Below are positions 23,194 through 36,708 of a DNA stretch of 64,000 nt, piece after piece; position 1 is the stretch's first letter; every line of letters starts with the position of its first letter. The position numbers were made by a program, and so were the translations under genes. Source of the DNA: Mustelus asterias (taxonomy: Eukaryota); assembly GCF_964213995.1 (NCBI RefSeq), contig NW_027590205.1:496001-560000 (forward strand), read 5' to 3'. The notes below the pieces were generated by a model. It was not told the origin of the DNA, searched no databases, and worked only from the letters and a program-made list of their open reading frames with translations.

Positions 23194-24624
23194 TCACTTG
23201 TGAACTCGCTGGTGTGTCAGCAGATTGGATGAATGAGCGAATCCCTTCCCACACACAGAGCAGGTGTACGGCCTCTCCCCAGCGTGGACACGCTGGTGTA
23301 TCAGCAAGTTGAATGAATGAGAGAATCCCTTTCCACATTCTGAGCAGGTGAACGGCCTCTCCCCAGTGTGAGTGCGCTGGTGCACAGTGAGGTGACATAA
23401 TTCTCTGAATGCAGTCCCACAATCAGAGCACCTGAACGGTCTCTCCCCAGTGTGAACGCGTTGATGGGACACCAGATTGCTGGAAATTTTAAAGCCCTTC
23501 CCGCAGTCTGGACATTTAAAAGGTCTCTCCTCAGTGTGAACTCGTTGATGGCGTACCAGTTCCCCTGAACTTTTAAAGCATTTCCCACATTCTGGGCATT
23601 TAAAAGGTCTCTCCTCAGTATGAGTGCGCTGATGTGATGTGAGGGCAGGCGATGTCTTGAATCCAGTCCCACAGTGAGAGCACCTGAACGGTGTCTCATC
23701 AGTGTGAGTACGTTGATGGCACAGCAGCTTTGCAGAACTTTTATAGCACTTCCCACATTCTGGGCATTTAAATGGTCTCTCAGTCGTGTGAACTTGCTGG
23801 TGTGTCAGCAAGTTGGTGGACTGACTGAATCCTTTCCCACATTTGGAGCAGATGTAAGGTTTCTCATGAGTGTGAACTCGCTGGTGTCTCTGCAGACTAG
23901 ATGAGTGAGTGAATCTCTTCCCACATTGAGAGCAGGAGAATGGCCTCTCCCCAGTGTGAATGCGCTGGTGTACAGACAGGTTACTCGATTGCCTGAATGC
24001 AGTGCCACACTGAGAGCATCTGAAACGTCTCTCATCAGTGTGAATGCGCTGGTGTTTAGTTAGGGCATAGGATGTCTTGAACCCACTCCCGCAATGAGAG
24101 CATCTGAACGGTCTCTCGTCAGTGTGAACACGTTGATGGGACATGAGTTCCCCAGCACTTTTAAAGCACTTCCCACAGTCTGGGCATTTAAAAGGTCTGT
24201 CCTCAGTGTGAACTCGCTGGTGTGCGAGCAGGTTAGGTGACCTTGAGAATCTCTTCCCACACTCGGAGCAAATGAATGGCTTCTCCCCGGTCTGAACTCG
24301 CTGGCGTTTCATCCCACACTCAGAGGAGGTCATTGGCCTCTTCCCACTGTGAACTTGCTGGTGTCTCAGCAAGTTGGTTAACTGAGTGAATCCCTTCCCA
24401 CAGTCAGAGCAGGTGAATGGTTTCTCCCCAGTGTGACTGCGGCAATGCATTTCCAGGTGAGATGGGGATTGGAATCTCTTCCCACAGTCCTCACATTTCC
24501 ACGGTTTCTTCCTGGTGTGACTGCGATTGTGTATCGACAGGTAAGATAATCGGCTGAAGCCTCTTCCACACACAGAACACGTGTACGGTTTCTCCCCAGT
24601 GTGAACTGTGCTTTTTTCTGCCAT
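23194..24624 (-). CDS. C2H2 zinc-finger protein, 16 fingers plus 1 broken in-frame (subfamily B)
   Basis: Open frame to 24630 with first ATG at 24624 ([14 protein letters not shown]). Confidence 0.9.
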   Translation of the reverse strand: MAEKSTVHTGEKPYTCSVCGRGFSRLSYLSIHNRSHTRKKPWKCEDCGKRFQSPSHLEMHCRSHTGEKPFTCSDCGKGFTQLTNLLRHQQVHSGKRPMTSSECGMKRQRVQTGEKPFICSECGKRFSRSPNLLAHQRVHTEDRPFKCPDCGKCFKSAGELMSHQRVHTDERPFRCSHCGSGFKTSYALTKHQRIHTDERRFRCSQCGTAFRQSSNLSVHQRIHTGERPFSCSQCGKRFTHSSSLQRHQRVHTHEKPYICSKCGKGFSQSTNLLTHQQVHTTERPFKCPECGKCYKSSAKLLCHQRTHTDETPFRCSHCGTGFKTSPALTSHQRTHTEERPFKCPECGKCFKSSGELVRHQRVHTEERPFKCPDCGKGFKISSNLVSHQRVHTGERPFRCSDCGTAFRELCHLTVHQRTHTGERPFTCSECGKGFSHSFNLLIHQRVHAGERPYTCSVCGKGFAHSSNLLTHQRVHK

Positions 24625-25069
24625 ATTCAAAATCTGATGATATTTACGTTGTGATAATAAGTTGTGCGACTGTCAGATCCAGATGTGATGTTTGGTTTGA
24701 ATCTCCTGACTCCAAGCCCTCCCGAAACCCTGTGAAATTGATTTAAAACAGAAAAAAGGGAGTGAGAGAGAACCCACAAAAACAGGTTGTGAAATTGAGC
24801 TGAATGAATCTGGTAATTTGTGGGGCCGGCATGAGGAAAACGTGACCATGAAAGCTGCCGGATTGTTGTAAAAACGCAACTGGTTCACTAATTTCCTTCA
24901 GGGAAAGGGGTGAGAAGGAGAAGATGGAAGAGACAGGGAGAGTCATAGCTACAATCAACCAGGACTTCTTTAAAATCTCCCAAACCCTCAACCTCTATCA
25001 CTTAGAGAGACCAGGGTAACAGGAGTCTGTGAACATCATCACTGGCACTCGCACACTGTCCTGACTGAA

Positions 25070-25545
25070 GGTTGACCAGGATGTTGCCTGGTCTCGAGGG
25101 GGTCAGCTATGAGGAGTGGTTGAATGAACTAGGATTGTTTTCACTGCAAAGACGGAGGCAGAGGGGAGATCTGATAGAGGTCTACAAAATTCTGAAAGGC
25201 ATAGACAAGGTGGATAGTCAGACACTTTTTCCTAGGGTGGAAGCGTCAATTACAAGGGGGCACAGGTTCAAGGTAAGAGGGGGGGAGTTTAAGTGAGATG
25301 TGCGGGGGGGAAGTTTTTCACGCAGAGAGTGGGGTGCCTGGAACATGCTGCAGAGGAGGTGGTGGAAGCAGGCACATTAGCAACATTTAAGAGGCATCTG
25401 GATGGGTACATGAATAAGGAGGGATTATAGGGATACGGACCAAGTAAGGGCAGAAGATACTTTTTGGATAATTTAGGGCACCACGATCAGCACGTGCTTG
25501 GAGGCCGAAGGGTCTATTCCTGTGCTGCATTTTCTTTGTTCTTTA
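25070..25545 (+). mobile_element. CR1 3' fragment
   Basis: TRMLPGLEGVSYEE...RGDLIEVYKI. Confidence 0.85.
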
Positions 25546-25859
25546 ATGCTTATGGCATCCAGTACTGGATGAACAGAAATTTCCTTTGTGAACTATCCAG
25601 ATCCGAATGAATCCGGAGATTCTATCAATGTTGATGTGACGCTTGGCTTGAAATTCCCGTTGACAAATCCTCCCCCTCTAACTCCCTCAGTGCACCCGAA
25701 CAGGCGCTAGAGTGTGGCGACTAGGGGATTTTCACAATAACTTCAATGCAGTGTCATTGTAAGCATACTTGTGACACTAATAAACAAACTCTAAACGCTG
25801 TAAAAGGAGTTTCAAAATCCATCACTGTCATTCCAGGACAGACATTCACAATCTCTCCT

Positions 25860-26190
25860 GCTGGCAGGGAGCATTGCACATGCGCATTGCTACACCTTGC
25901 CTCGGTAAAGATGGCGGCCGTTCTTCCGGGTTTGTCTCCGCGGGAAGAGGAGCGGCTCAGGACAAACTCGGAACTGGCCTGGAACCTTCTTAATCGAGGT
26001 TTGCAGCCTTCACTGGGTGTTTATGAATGCTTTCCGCCCTCCCTTTGCGCCAATCTCTCCCTCGGACACGTCACTTCCTTACCCGCCGCAAGGACAAGAA
26101 ACAAGGAACTCCCGATCGCCAGCACTCCCACTGCGCAAGCTCAGAACATGGTCTGTACTGCGCCTGCGCGGAGTTCCTCTGTTGCCTGTG
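25860..26190 (-). promoter_or_regulatory. CpG-rich promoter region, probably for the 23194 ZNF gene
   Basis: AAGATGGCGGCCG (25908); NRF1-like CATGCGCA (25879), CTGCGCAAGC and CTGCGCCTGCGC (26158). Confidence 0.6.
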
Positions 26191-26197
26191 AAGGGAT

Positions 26198-26374
26198 GAG
26201 GTGGAGATGCCGGCGTTGGACTGGGGTGGGCACAGTAAGAAGTTTCACAACACCAGGTTAAAGTCCAACAGGTTTATTTGGAATCACCAGCTTTTGGAGC
26301 GCTGCTCCTTCATCAGGTGAGCGACTCACCAGATGAAGGAGCAGCGCACCAAAACCTCGTGATTCCAAATAAAC
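26198..26374. mobile_element. Penelope-like terminal fragment with two inverted, degenerate hammerhead motifs
   Basis: Same terminal sequence as the GIY-YIG element at 35100; motifs at 26285-26319 (-) and 26327-26361 (+). Confidence 0.75.
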
Positions 26375-26912
26375 ATTTTCCCCTATTTTCTGTGGCTATG
26401 ATTCATCTTTCATTCCCTCACCCTGCAGTATAAATATCTCCCACTTTCTCTGCCTTTTAGCTTTGACAAAGGGTTATCTGGACTCGAAACGGCATGGTGA
26501 CATAGCGGTTAGCACTGTTGCCTCACAGCACCAGGGACCAGGTCCAATTCCTGGCTTGGGTCATTGTCTGTGTGGAATTTGCACGTTCTCTCCATGTCTG
26601 CATGGGTTTCCTCCGGGTGCTCTGGTTTCCTCCCACAGTCCAAAAGATGTGCAGGTTAGGTGCATTGGCCATGCTGAATTTCCCGTTTGTGTTCCGGGAT
26701 GTGCAGGTTAGAGGGATAAGGGGGGTAAATATGTGGGGTTGTGGGGATAGGGCTTGGGTGGGATTGTTGTCAGTGCAGACTCGATGGGCCTAATAGCCTC
26801 TCTCTGCACTATAGGTATTCTATGATTCTATGAAACATCAGCTCTTTTCTCTCCTTACAGATGCTGCCAGAGCTGAGAAGATTTTCCAGCATTTTCTCTT
26901 TTGGTTTCAGAT
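26375..26912 (+). mobile_element. Second hammerhead-bearing short element, split by an HE1-like SINE (~26491-26830)
   Basis: AGCTTTGACAAAGGGTTATCTGGACTCGAAAC [SINE] ATCAGCTCTTTTCTCTCCTTACAGATGCTGCCAG; matches 45253-45355. Confidence 0.7.
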
Positions 26913-27089
26913 TCACAAATAGCTTATGATCATTCTTTTGCTTTTATCGGGTACAGGCTGGGACTGAATGGCCAACTATGAAATTAGGAAACAGATCACA
27001 GGGAGAATGTGTGGAGTCTGTATGGAAGTCACTCATTCTCCCCGTAACTGCATGGGTTTCCTCTGGGTGCTCCACTTTCCTCCCAGAGT

Positions 27090-30050
27090 CAAAGAACAAA
27101 CGAAGAACAAAGAACAATACAGCACAGGAACAGACCCTTCGGCCCTCCAAGCCTGTGCTGCTCATGTGCCCACGAGACCATTCTTTTGTATCCCTCTATT
27201 CCCACACTGTTCATGTGGTTATCCAGATAAGTCTTAAACAATCCCAGCGTGTCCACCTTAATCACCTTGCTTGGCAGTGCATTCCAGGCTCCCACCACCC
27301 TCTGTGTAAAATACGTCCCCCTGACATCTGTGTTGAACCTTGCCCCCCCTCACCTTGAACCCGTGACCCCTTGTGTTCGTCACCTCTGACCTGGGAAAAA
27401 ACTTCCCACAGTTCACTCTATCTATGCCCTTCATAATTTTATACACCTCTATTAGGTTGCCCCTCATCCTCCATCTTTCCAGGGAGAACAACCCCAGTTT
27501 ACCCAATCTCTCCCGATAGCTAAGACCCTCTATACCAGGCAACATCCTGGTAAACCTCCTCTGTACTCTCTCCAAAGCCTCCACGTCCTTCTGGTAGTGT
27601 GGCGACCAGAACTGGATGCAGTATTCCAAATGTGGCCGAACCATCGTTCTATACAGCTGCAACATCATATGCCAACTTTTATATTCTATGCCCCGTCCAA
27701 CAAAGGCAAGTATGCCATATGCCTTCTTCACCACCCTCTTCCCCTGTGCTGCCACCTTTAAGGATCTGTGGACTTGTACACCTTTGTGTGTCTATACTCC
27801 TGATGGCTCTGTCATTTATTGTACAGCTCCCCCTTACATTAGATCTACCGAAATGCATCACTTTGCATTTATCTGGATTAAATTCCATCTGCCATTTCTC
27901 CGCCCAATGTTCCAGCCTATCTATATCCTGCTGCATTCTCTGACAATGTTCATCACTATCCGCAACTCCAGCAATCTTTGTGTCGTCCGCAAACTTACTG
28001 ATCACACCAGCTACATCTTCCTCCAAATCATTTATATATATCACAAACAGCAGAGGTCCCAGTACAGAGCCCTGTGGAACACCACTAGTCACAGACCTCC
28101 AGCCAGAAAAAGACCCCTCCACTGCTACCCTCTGTCTTCTATGGCTAAGCCAGTTCTCCACCCATCTAGCTAGCTCACCTTTTATCCTGTGAGATTTAAC
28201 CTTTTGCACCAGCCTGCCATGAGGGACCTTGTCAAACGCTTTACTAAAATCCATATAGACGACATCCACGGCCCTTCCCTTGTCAATCGTTTTTGTCACC
28301 CCCTCAAAAATCTCAACTAAATTTTTGAGGCATGACCTCCCTCGTACAAAACCATTCTGTCTATCGCTAATGAGATTATTCAGTTCTAAATGCGCATATA
28401 TCTTATCTCTAAGAATCTTCTCCAACAACTTCCCCACCATGGACATCATGCTCACCAGCCTATAATTATCTGGGTTATCCTTGCTACCCTTCTTAAATAA
28501 CGGGACCACATTTGCGATCCTCCAATCCTCTGGGACCTCACCTGTGCCCAGTGAAGAGACAAAGATTTCTGTTAGAGGCCCAGCAATTGCATCTCTCGCC
28601 TCCCTGAGGAGTCTAGGATAGATGCCATCTGGCCCTGGGGATTTGTCTGTCTTAATGTTTCCTAAAAAACCTAACACTTCCTCCCTTGTAATTGAGATTT
28701 TTTTCTAACGGGTCAACACATCTCTCTGAGACACTACCAGTCAACATGTCCCTCTCCTTTGTGAATACTGATGCAAAGTATTCGTTTAGGATCTCACCTA
28801 CTTCCTTTGGTTCTAAGCATAATTCCCCTCCTTTTCCCTGAGAGGTCTGATTCTTTCCCTAACAACCCTCTTGTTCCTAACCTATGTATAAAATGCCTTA
28901 GGATTCTCCTTAATCCTGTCTGCCAAAGACATTTCGTGACCCCTTTTAACTCCCTGTTCAGTTCTTTTCTACTTTCTCTGTATTCCTCCAGTGCGCCATC
29001 TGTTTTTAGCTGCCTGGACCTCATGTATGCCTCTTTTTTCTTTTTGATTAGACCCACAATTTCACTGGTTATCCACGGCTCCCGAATCCTACCTTTCCTA
29101 TCCTTCCTCTTTACAGGCACATGCCTGTCCTGCAGTCCTATCAACTGCTCCTTACATGCCAGATGTGGATTTACCCTCGAACAGCCTCTCCCAATCAACA
29201 GCCAGCAAATCCTGCCTAATCCGGTTGTAGTTCGCCTTCCCCCAATTCAGCACCTTACCCATAGGACAACACTCAAGTTTTTCCATTACTATCCTAAAGT
29301 TTACAGAATTGTGGTCACTATTTGCCACATGTTCCCCTACTGCAACTTTGATGACCTGACCGGGCTCATTCCCCAGTACTAGGCCCAGTATTGCCCCCTC
29401 TCTCATTGGACTGTCAACATATTGTTCCAAAGAACCTTCCTGTACGCATTTTATAAGTTCTTCCTCGTCCAGGCCCCCAGCCCTAAGCGATTTCTAGTCT
29501 ATGTGAGGGAAATTAAAGTCTCCCACTACAACAACCCTATTTTTTCAGCACCTGTCCAGAATCTCCTTACATATCCGTTCCTCAACTTCCCGTGGGCTGT
29601 TGGGAGGCCTGTAGTATACCCCCAGCATAGTGACTGCGCCCTTCCTGTTTCTGAGCTCCACCCACAGTGACTCGTTACCTGACCCTTCCATATTGTCCAC
29701 CCTCTGTACTGCTGTAATATGCTCCCTAACCAGCGTTGCTACTCCCCCACCTCTCTTAGCCCCTCCTCTGTCTCGCCTAAAACACTTATGCCCCGGAATA
29801 TTCAGCTGCCAGTCCTGTCCTTCTTTTAACCAGGTCTCTGTCACTGCAACCGCATCCAAGTTCCGCGCAAGCATTAAGGCTCTAAACTCGTCTGTCTTGC
29901 CCGTGACGCTCCTTGCATTGAAGCAGATGCACTCCAGACCTCCAGGCCCACTGAGGTCATCCTCCCCCAGAATGGTCTTCCTCTTAGATAGCCTTGTCTT
30001 GGCCCCAACCTCATCCCCAGCCTCTATGCTTATTGACCTATTGTTCTTCC
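27090..30050 (-). mobile_element. CR1 LINE with nearly complete ORF2 (APE endonuclease plus RT), frameshifted
   Basis: APE motifs CFNARS, AVTETWL, RRDR..GGGV, GVYYRPPN; RT motifs [32 protein letters not shown]. Confidence 0.93.
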
Positions 30051-30994
30051 AACCTATTAGGTCGGTAATGGTCACCTACCTAATCAGGGAGTACCATCTG
30101 TGTGTATATATATATAATATGGCAATGCACTGACACTCCTGATTCTGACTTTGTAACTGAAGCAATCTTAGGAGTGGAACTGAGTTTGTAAATAAAGGGA
30201 ATCTGTTGAAGTGACACTGGTCTCTGAGGCGTTATTTCATGTACCACGTTTTGTTTAAACTCGTCCATGAGCTTTTGAGGTATATTGTTACAGACAGGGA
30301 TGAAAACATGCTTTGTGACAATAAAGCTAAAAATAGTACATTTATTCATTAAGAGCACTGTCTCAAGAGGAGATTTTAGGCAAATCCTGATCCAACAACC
30401 TGCTCTGAAAACTCAGCTCACATTTGACAGCTGTGACAAATTCCACCCCAGCAGCCGAGATACTCCACAAAATCCTGAAACAATCAACAGTCAAAATAAA
30501 ACAAACCATAACAATCTAATAGAGAAAGTGAATTTGCCTGATCCCCCGTTGTGAACGGCTCCTTTATATAATTCCTAGATCCCGATCTTAACCAAAAATG
30601 AATCATTTCTTCCAACGGCCATACTCGGTCAGTGTACCAAGGTTTGGTGAAATCTATCCATTAGTTTGTGAGATAAATTATTTACAGCAGAATTATAGAG
30701 GGAAACATTATCTCGATCTTCAGGGGCAGAGGGACTTTCAGCACATTGACCAGTCCCGATGTTCATTCTCAGCCAGCATTACAGAGGGAAAAGGGGTGGG
30801 ATTCACAGCTCAGCAAGTCAAAGTATCCTCTTTAAATGGTCAGGTCCCACAATGTATTCAGTGGCCTCTGAAGGGAAGCAGCCTGGGTTCACACTGGAAG
30901 TTCCTGTCCTCCCGCACTCAGCCGGCTTGTGCTGACTCCTGGTCCTCTGGACGATCTGTCCACAAGGATAGGAGCCTGTTAATTCATAAGGAAG

Positions 30995-31410
30995 CTTGCA
31001 TTTATATAGTGCCTTCCGCCTTTTGGGGAACCTCAATGCATTTCACAGTCAACGCTTTCTGAAGATCGGCATGTGGCAGCCAATTTGCGCACAGCAAGCT
31101 CCCACAGAAGGCAATGTGATGATGACCAGATCACCTGGTCTTACTTGTGGGATATTAATTGTGGGATAAATATCAGGCCCCAGGACATCACGGAGTTACA
31201 TCTGTCCTCTTCCAGCTGTTGCTGTTTGATCATTTATGTCCGTCTGAGAGGGAGACAGGGCTCTCGGGTGAGTGTCTCACTCGAAACATGGTCGCTCTGC
31301 CAGTCCGGCTCTCCCTCGGTACTGGTACCGGGAATGCCAGCTCTGGTTTGGGAATTCAAACCCCTTCCCCCCAGCTCCTGACTCAGAGGCAAGAGAGATA
31401 CCAACTGTCA
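30995..31410 (-). mobile_element. Old SINE, resembling the Deu-domain/SacSINE type
   Basis: GCAGCCAATTTGCGCACAGCAAGCTCCCAC; related copy at 53905-54630. Confidence 0.5.
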
Positions 31411-31952
31411 TGTCGTGCTGTACAGAATCAGCTAGCTGGTAATCCAGAATTGTGGAATGGCAAGACAGAAGGAGGCCATTCAGCCCATTTTGTCTGTGCT
31501 AGCTCTCTGCAATAAAAATTCACACAGTGCCCATTTCCCCCACATCTGTCAATTTTTCCTCTTCAAAAAAATGATCCAATTCTCTATTGAAAACTATGAC
31601 TGAATCTGCCTCCAAATTCTTTCATGCGTGACACATTCCAGCACATCTCCTTTGCACACACTTGAAAAATTCACATCTTTCCCCCAGTGCTGGGCCCATA
31701 TAAACAGCTCCTATTGGAGTAGGTTAGGATTGGAAAGCAGGGGAGCTTATATTCAACTTGTTTTGAACCAGGATTAGACTGCACTGGGAGCACTGCCAAC
31801 ATCGGTGAAAGAACACCAGCCCACTGGAAGCCAAACTGAGAGACCGGCCAGTCCAGCAGAAAGAAATACTCCAACTCTCTCACTTTACCGACTGTCAAGA
31901 TGAACATGGTTCAGTCCTGGATCTGATTAACAACAGAATCTAATCATTGCTT

Positions 31953-32879
31953 TCACTTGTGAACTTGCTGGTGTGTCACCAGACAGGATGACTGAGTGAA
32001 TCCCTTCCCACACACAGAGCAGGCTAACAAACTCTCCCCGATGTGAACTTGCCGATGCCTCTGTAGGCTGCATAACTGACCAAATCCTTTCCCACACACA
32101 GAGCAGGTGAATGGCCTCTCCCCAGTGTGAATGCGCTGGTGTCTCAGAAGGGTGGATGAATCTCTGAATCCTTTCCCACACTCAGAGCAGATGGATGGCC
32201 TCTCCCCAGTGTGGACTTGCTGGTGCATCACTAGGTTGCATGACTGAATGAATCCTTTCCCACATTTAGAGCAGGTGAATGGCCTTTTCCCATTGTGAAC
32301 TCGCTGGTGTGTCTGCAAGTGAGATAACTGAATGAATCCCTTCCCACATTCAGAGCAGATGAATGGTCTCTCTCCAGTGTGAATCCGCTGGTGCATCAGC
32401 AGGTTGGATGACTGAGGGAATCTCTTCCCACACTCGGAGCAGATAAATGGCCTCTCTCCAGTGTGAACTCGCTTGTGTGTCAGGAGGGCAGATGAATCAC
32501 TGAATCCCTTCCCACATTCTGAGCAGGTAAATGGCCTCTCCCCAGTGTGAGCCCGTTGGTGCATCAGAAGGTTGGATGACTGAGTGAATCCTTTCCCACA
32601 TTCAGAGCAGGTGAATGGCCTCTCCCCAGTGTGAACACGCTTGTGTGTGAGCAGGTGAGATGAATTACTGAATCCCTTCCCACACTGTGAGCAGGTGAAC
32701 GGTTTCTCTCCAGTGTGAATTTGTTGGTGTTTCAGCAGGGTGGATGACTGAGTGAATCCCTTCCCACACTGAGAGCAGGTGAATGGCCTCTCACCTGTGT
32801 GAACACGATGATGAGTTTCCAGTGCAGATGGGGTGCAGAATCCCTTCCCACAGTCCCCACATTCCCACGGTTTCTCCAT
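31953..32879 (-). CDS. C2H2 zinc-finger protein, 11 fingers
   Basis: Intact 308-aa ORF starting [12 protein letters not shown]. Confidence 0.9.
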   Translation of the reverse strand: MEKPWECGDCGKGFCTPSALETHHRVHTGERPFTCSQCGKGFTQSSTLLKHQQIHTGEKPFTCSQCGKGFSNSSHLLTHKRVHTGERPFTCSECGKGFTQSSNLLMHQRAHTGERPFTCSECGKGFSDSSALLTHKRVHTGERPFICSECGKRFPQSSNLLMHQRIHTGERPFICSECGKGFIQLSHLQTHQRVHNGKRPFTCSKCGKGFIQSCNLVMHQQVHTGERPSICSECGKGFRDSSTLLRHQRIHTGERPFTCSVCGKGFGQLCSLQRHRQVHIGESLLACSVCGKGFTQSSCLVTHQQVHK

Positions 32880-34044
32880 GGTGCCGGTATCCTTATGTCC
32901 CTCCAGGTTGGATGATCAATTGAAGCCTCATCCACACATGGAACTTGAGTACGGTTTCTCCCCGCTGTGAATGGTGTGATGTTTTTTCCGGCTGTGTGAA
33001 GCTCTTTCCACAGTCAGTTCACTGGAACACTCTCACTCGGGTGTGTGTGTGTGTGTCTCGGTGCTTTTCCAGCTACACTGATGTTGAAATCATTTCTCAC
33101 AGATAGAACAGGCAAACATTTCTCCTTCCACAATCGAAGGACGATGATATTCAGATCCTGATTAATTGAGTGACTGTCAGATCTTGATGTGATACTTGGT
33201 TTGAGTTTCTCAAATGCAAATCCTCTTCGAGTGTCCTGTGAAAAGGGTTCACAAAAGTTATCACTGGCAGAACAGGATAGAAATTCAGAACAGACAATTG
33301 TAGTTTCAATGGAATAGTCTTGCCTCTTCCCCGAAAGCTGTAAGTGTCCACACCACACACCCTCCCTCCATTCTCACTCTGCTGTACCTAATATACTCCC
33401 TCCTAATTCTCCTGATTGACAGATACATGCTTACTGCTTCTTGTCCAGGGCGCAACGGCTTGAAGACCACCACATAGGCTGCTGGCTTTGTGTATGTATA
33501 TATTTAATATACACAACATCACCTGATTAAGGATACAGAAATAATGCAAGGACAAGCTTTGTTTCTGAGTGAATGTGCATGACCAGGAACCTGCTACTTA
33601 TGAGAATGGTGGAATTGGACATAATCGATGATTCCAAAATGAAATTGGATAGGCACTTGAAGAAATAACCTTGCAGGGGAGCAGAGATATAGAAGGGGAA
33701 TGGGACTGACTGGATTGCTCCAGAGATTGTCAGCATGGACTCAAGTTGCTGAATTGACTTTTTCTGTGCTGTAACTACAACTGGAAACATATAACGTAAC
33801 TCGAGTATTATATTACAAGACTAAATAATAAATGAAGTTTATTGCAGATCGATAAATAATGTATCTAAAACATACCATATTACTCTCTGTCCTATATTAA
33901 TTTACGTCCTTAAATGTCAGCATCTTCTGGGGAAACCACTCTTTTAATTCTGAACATTAGGAAAGAGGCCATCATTTCCGTGAGACAAATGAATGTATCA
34001 AGCTGAGGGAGCAAAGGATGTCAATCTCTTTAAGAGAGAGAGAG

Positions 34045-34325
34045 AGCCGCACGGTGGCACAGTGGTTAGCACTACTGCCTCACAGCGCCAGGGACCTGGG
34101 TTCGATTCCCGGCTTGGGTCACTGTCTGTGTGGAGTTTACACGTTTTCCCCGTATCAGCATGGGTTTTCTCCGGGTGCTCCGGTTTCCTCCCACAGTCTA
34201 AAAGACATGCTGGGTAGATGCATTGACTCGAACAGGCTTTGGAGTGTGGCGACTAGAGGAATTTCACAGTAACTTCATTGCAGTGTTAATGTAAGCCTTA
34301 CTTGTGACAAATAAATAAACTTTAA
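34045..34325 (+). mobile_element. HE1-like SINE variant with an alternative tail
   Basis: HE1 head followed by GACTAGAGGAATTTCACAGTAACTTCATTGCAGTG...AATAAAC; flanked by (GA)n on both sides. Confidence 0.8.
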
Positions 34326-34549
34326 AAGAGAGAGAGAGACCTGGGCCAACCTTCCCAGAGTCTGCACCCACCCTGGATTCACTTCATTTCTCTTCAGTTG
34401 CTGCAAGTCCCCAATTTCCCCCAGAATGAGAAAAGAAATATAAATGGATAGAAAATAAAGTGTTTTACTCACAGATGTTTGACAGGGGAGGAGGTTGTAA
34501 TGTGTGTGAAGCTCAATCTTCATTCAGAGGGAGAGGAGCAGCAGCTTTG

Positions 34550-35075
34550 CTGGGCAGTGATGAGCAGCTGAACAAGCTCCTCATTCACACAATGGGGGGG
34601 TGATCCGTGCAGCCATTGGCACAAAACGCGCGCCCTGATTGGCTGGAGGATTCTAGGTCCTCCAGGCGTTCCCATTGGTCAATCTCTGCCATGACGACAT
34701 ACGGGAGGTAGGAGCCCACGTGGGGGTAGGAGACACTTTGACCTCCGAACGCGGGAGCTGTTGTCCAATCTGCAGTGTTGTGTTTGTGCTCCAATGGGTG
34801 ACTGAGTGCTGGGAACGCCCCTCTGAAAACTTGGTGACGTCCACAAAGGAGTCCTCCCTGAATCAGCCAATAGGAATCCGTCTGATCCGAGGTGACGTCC
34901 TGGGGTTCCAGTGCGCAGGTCCGGGCGAGCGGACACGGAAGCCCCGCCTCCCCCCTTTCCTCCCCCTCCACATGCACCTCCTGGAGCCAAGGTTTCCAGG
35001 CTGACGGCTCCGGCCAATCGGGGGCCCTGGCAGACCGGAAGGACTCTTGTCCTCCAGCCAATCAGAGGGTGGACT
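34550..35075 (-). promoter_or_regulatory. CCAAT-rich CpG promoter, probably for the 31953 ZNF gene
   Basis: About eight CCAAT/ATTGG boxes, two GGTGACGTCC CRE-like sites (34833, 34891); candidate minus-strand donor GTGAGT at ~34473. Confidence 0.6.
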
Positions 35076-35099
35076 TTGTAACAATGGAGGTTGAGCTTC

Positions 35100-36121
35100 A
35101 TGATGTGGAGATGCCGGCGTTGGACTGGGGTAAGCACAGTAAGAAGTCTCACAACACCAGGTTAAAGTCCAACAGGTTTATTTGGTAGCAAATACCATAA
35201 GCTTTCGGAGCAATGCTCCTTCGTCAGATGGAGTGGTCTCTGTTCTCAAACAGGGCACGGACACAGAAATCAAATTACAGAATACTGATTAGAATGCAAT
35301 TCTCTACAACCAGCCAGGTCTTAAATGTACAGACAATGTGGGTGGAGGGAGCATCCAACACAGTTTAAAGAGATGTGTATAGTCTCCAGACAGTACAGCT
35401 TGTGAAATTGTGCAAGTCCAGGAGGCAAGCTGTGGGGGTTACTGATAATGTGACATAAATCCAACATCCCGGTTTAGACCGTCCTCATGTGTGCGGAACT
35501 TGGCTATCAGTTTCTGCTCAGCGACTCTGCGCTGTCGTGTGTCGTGAAGGCCGCCTTGGAGAACGCTTACCTGAAGATCCAAGGCTGAATGCCCGTGACT
35601 GCTGAATTGCTCCCCCACAGGAAGAGAACAGTCTTGCCTGGTGATTGTCGAGCGGTGTTCATTCATCCGTTGTCGTAGCGTCTGCATGGTTTTCCCAATG
35701 TACCATGCCTCGGAACATCCTTTCTTGCAGCGTATCAGGTAGACAACGTTGGCCGAGTTGCAAGAGTAGGTACCGTGTACCTGGTAGATGGTGTTCTCAC
35801 GTGAGATGATGGCATCCGTGTTGATGATCCGGCACGTCTTGCAGAGGTTGCTGTGGCAGGGTTGTGTGGTGTCGTGGTCACTGTTCTCCTGAAGGCTGGG
35901 TAGTTTGCTGCGGACAATGGTCTGTTTGAGGTTGCGTGGTTGTTTGAAGGCAAGAAGTGGGGGTGTGGGGATGGCCTTGGCGAGATGTTCGTCTTCATCA
36001 ATGACATGTTGAAGGCTCCGGCGGAGATGCCGTAGCTTCTCCGCTCCGGGGAAGTACTGGACAACGAAGGGTACTCTGTCCACTGTGTCCCGTGTTTGTC
36101 TTCTGAGGAGGTCGGTGCGGT
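35100..36121 (-). mobile_element. 5'-truncated Penelope-like element with GIY-YIG endonuclease (ORF 35439-36083)
   Basis: PCHSNLCKTC...SCNSANVVYLIRC..C..WYIGKT...LRQRMNEHR...EQKLI...GLN, the PLE GIY-YIG signature. Confidence 0.9.
35195..35231 (-). ncRNA. Minimal type I hammerhead ribozyme motif, intact core
   Basis: CCAT-CTGACGA-AGGAGC ATT GCTCC-GAAA-GC-TT-ATGG: stem I, catalytic core, stem II and palindromic AAGCTT stem III. Confidence 0.8.
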
Positions 36122-36708
36122 TTTTTTTTTCTAAAGCTCGAGTGAGGCCATAACAGAATACTGAGTCCAGTTCTGGTCACCACACTTTAGGAAGGATGTG
36201 AGGGTCCTTGAGAGAATCGAGAGGAGATTTACCACAATGGTTCCAGAGATGAGGAAGATGATGCGAATGTGGAACTTGCTACCAGTGAGTGGTTGAGGTG
36301 AACAGCATGAATACATTGAAGGGGAAGCTAGATACATACATGAGGGAGAGAGGAATAGAAGGATATGCTGATGGGAGGAGATGAAGAGGGGTGGGTGGAG
36401 GCTCATGTGGAGCATAAATACTGAAATAGGCCAATTGGGCCGACTGGCCTGGCCCTGTGCTGTAGACTCACTGGAACAGAGACAAATGTATTTATTTTAG
36501 ATTTACCTAGTGTTTGTGGATCATCTCAGTAAAATGTGCACTCCCAAATTCAAAGAACATCGACCCACTGGCAGCAAAGCCGTGAGGTTGGTCAGTCCAA
36601 CAGAAAGAAACCCTCCGACCCTCTCACTTCAGCAACTGTCAGAATGAACATGGTTCAGTCCTGGATGTGATTAACAGCAGCAATAACAGCAGAATCCAAC
36701 TCCTGTCA

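Noticed and set aside
27090-30050. Active autonomous LINE
   Set aside because: ORF2 is split by several frameshifts and stops, and no ORF1 is visible.
30110-30560. Possible solo LTR fragments (also 4860-5080)
   Set aside because: No confirmed TG...CA termini, TSD or second copy within the window.
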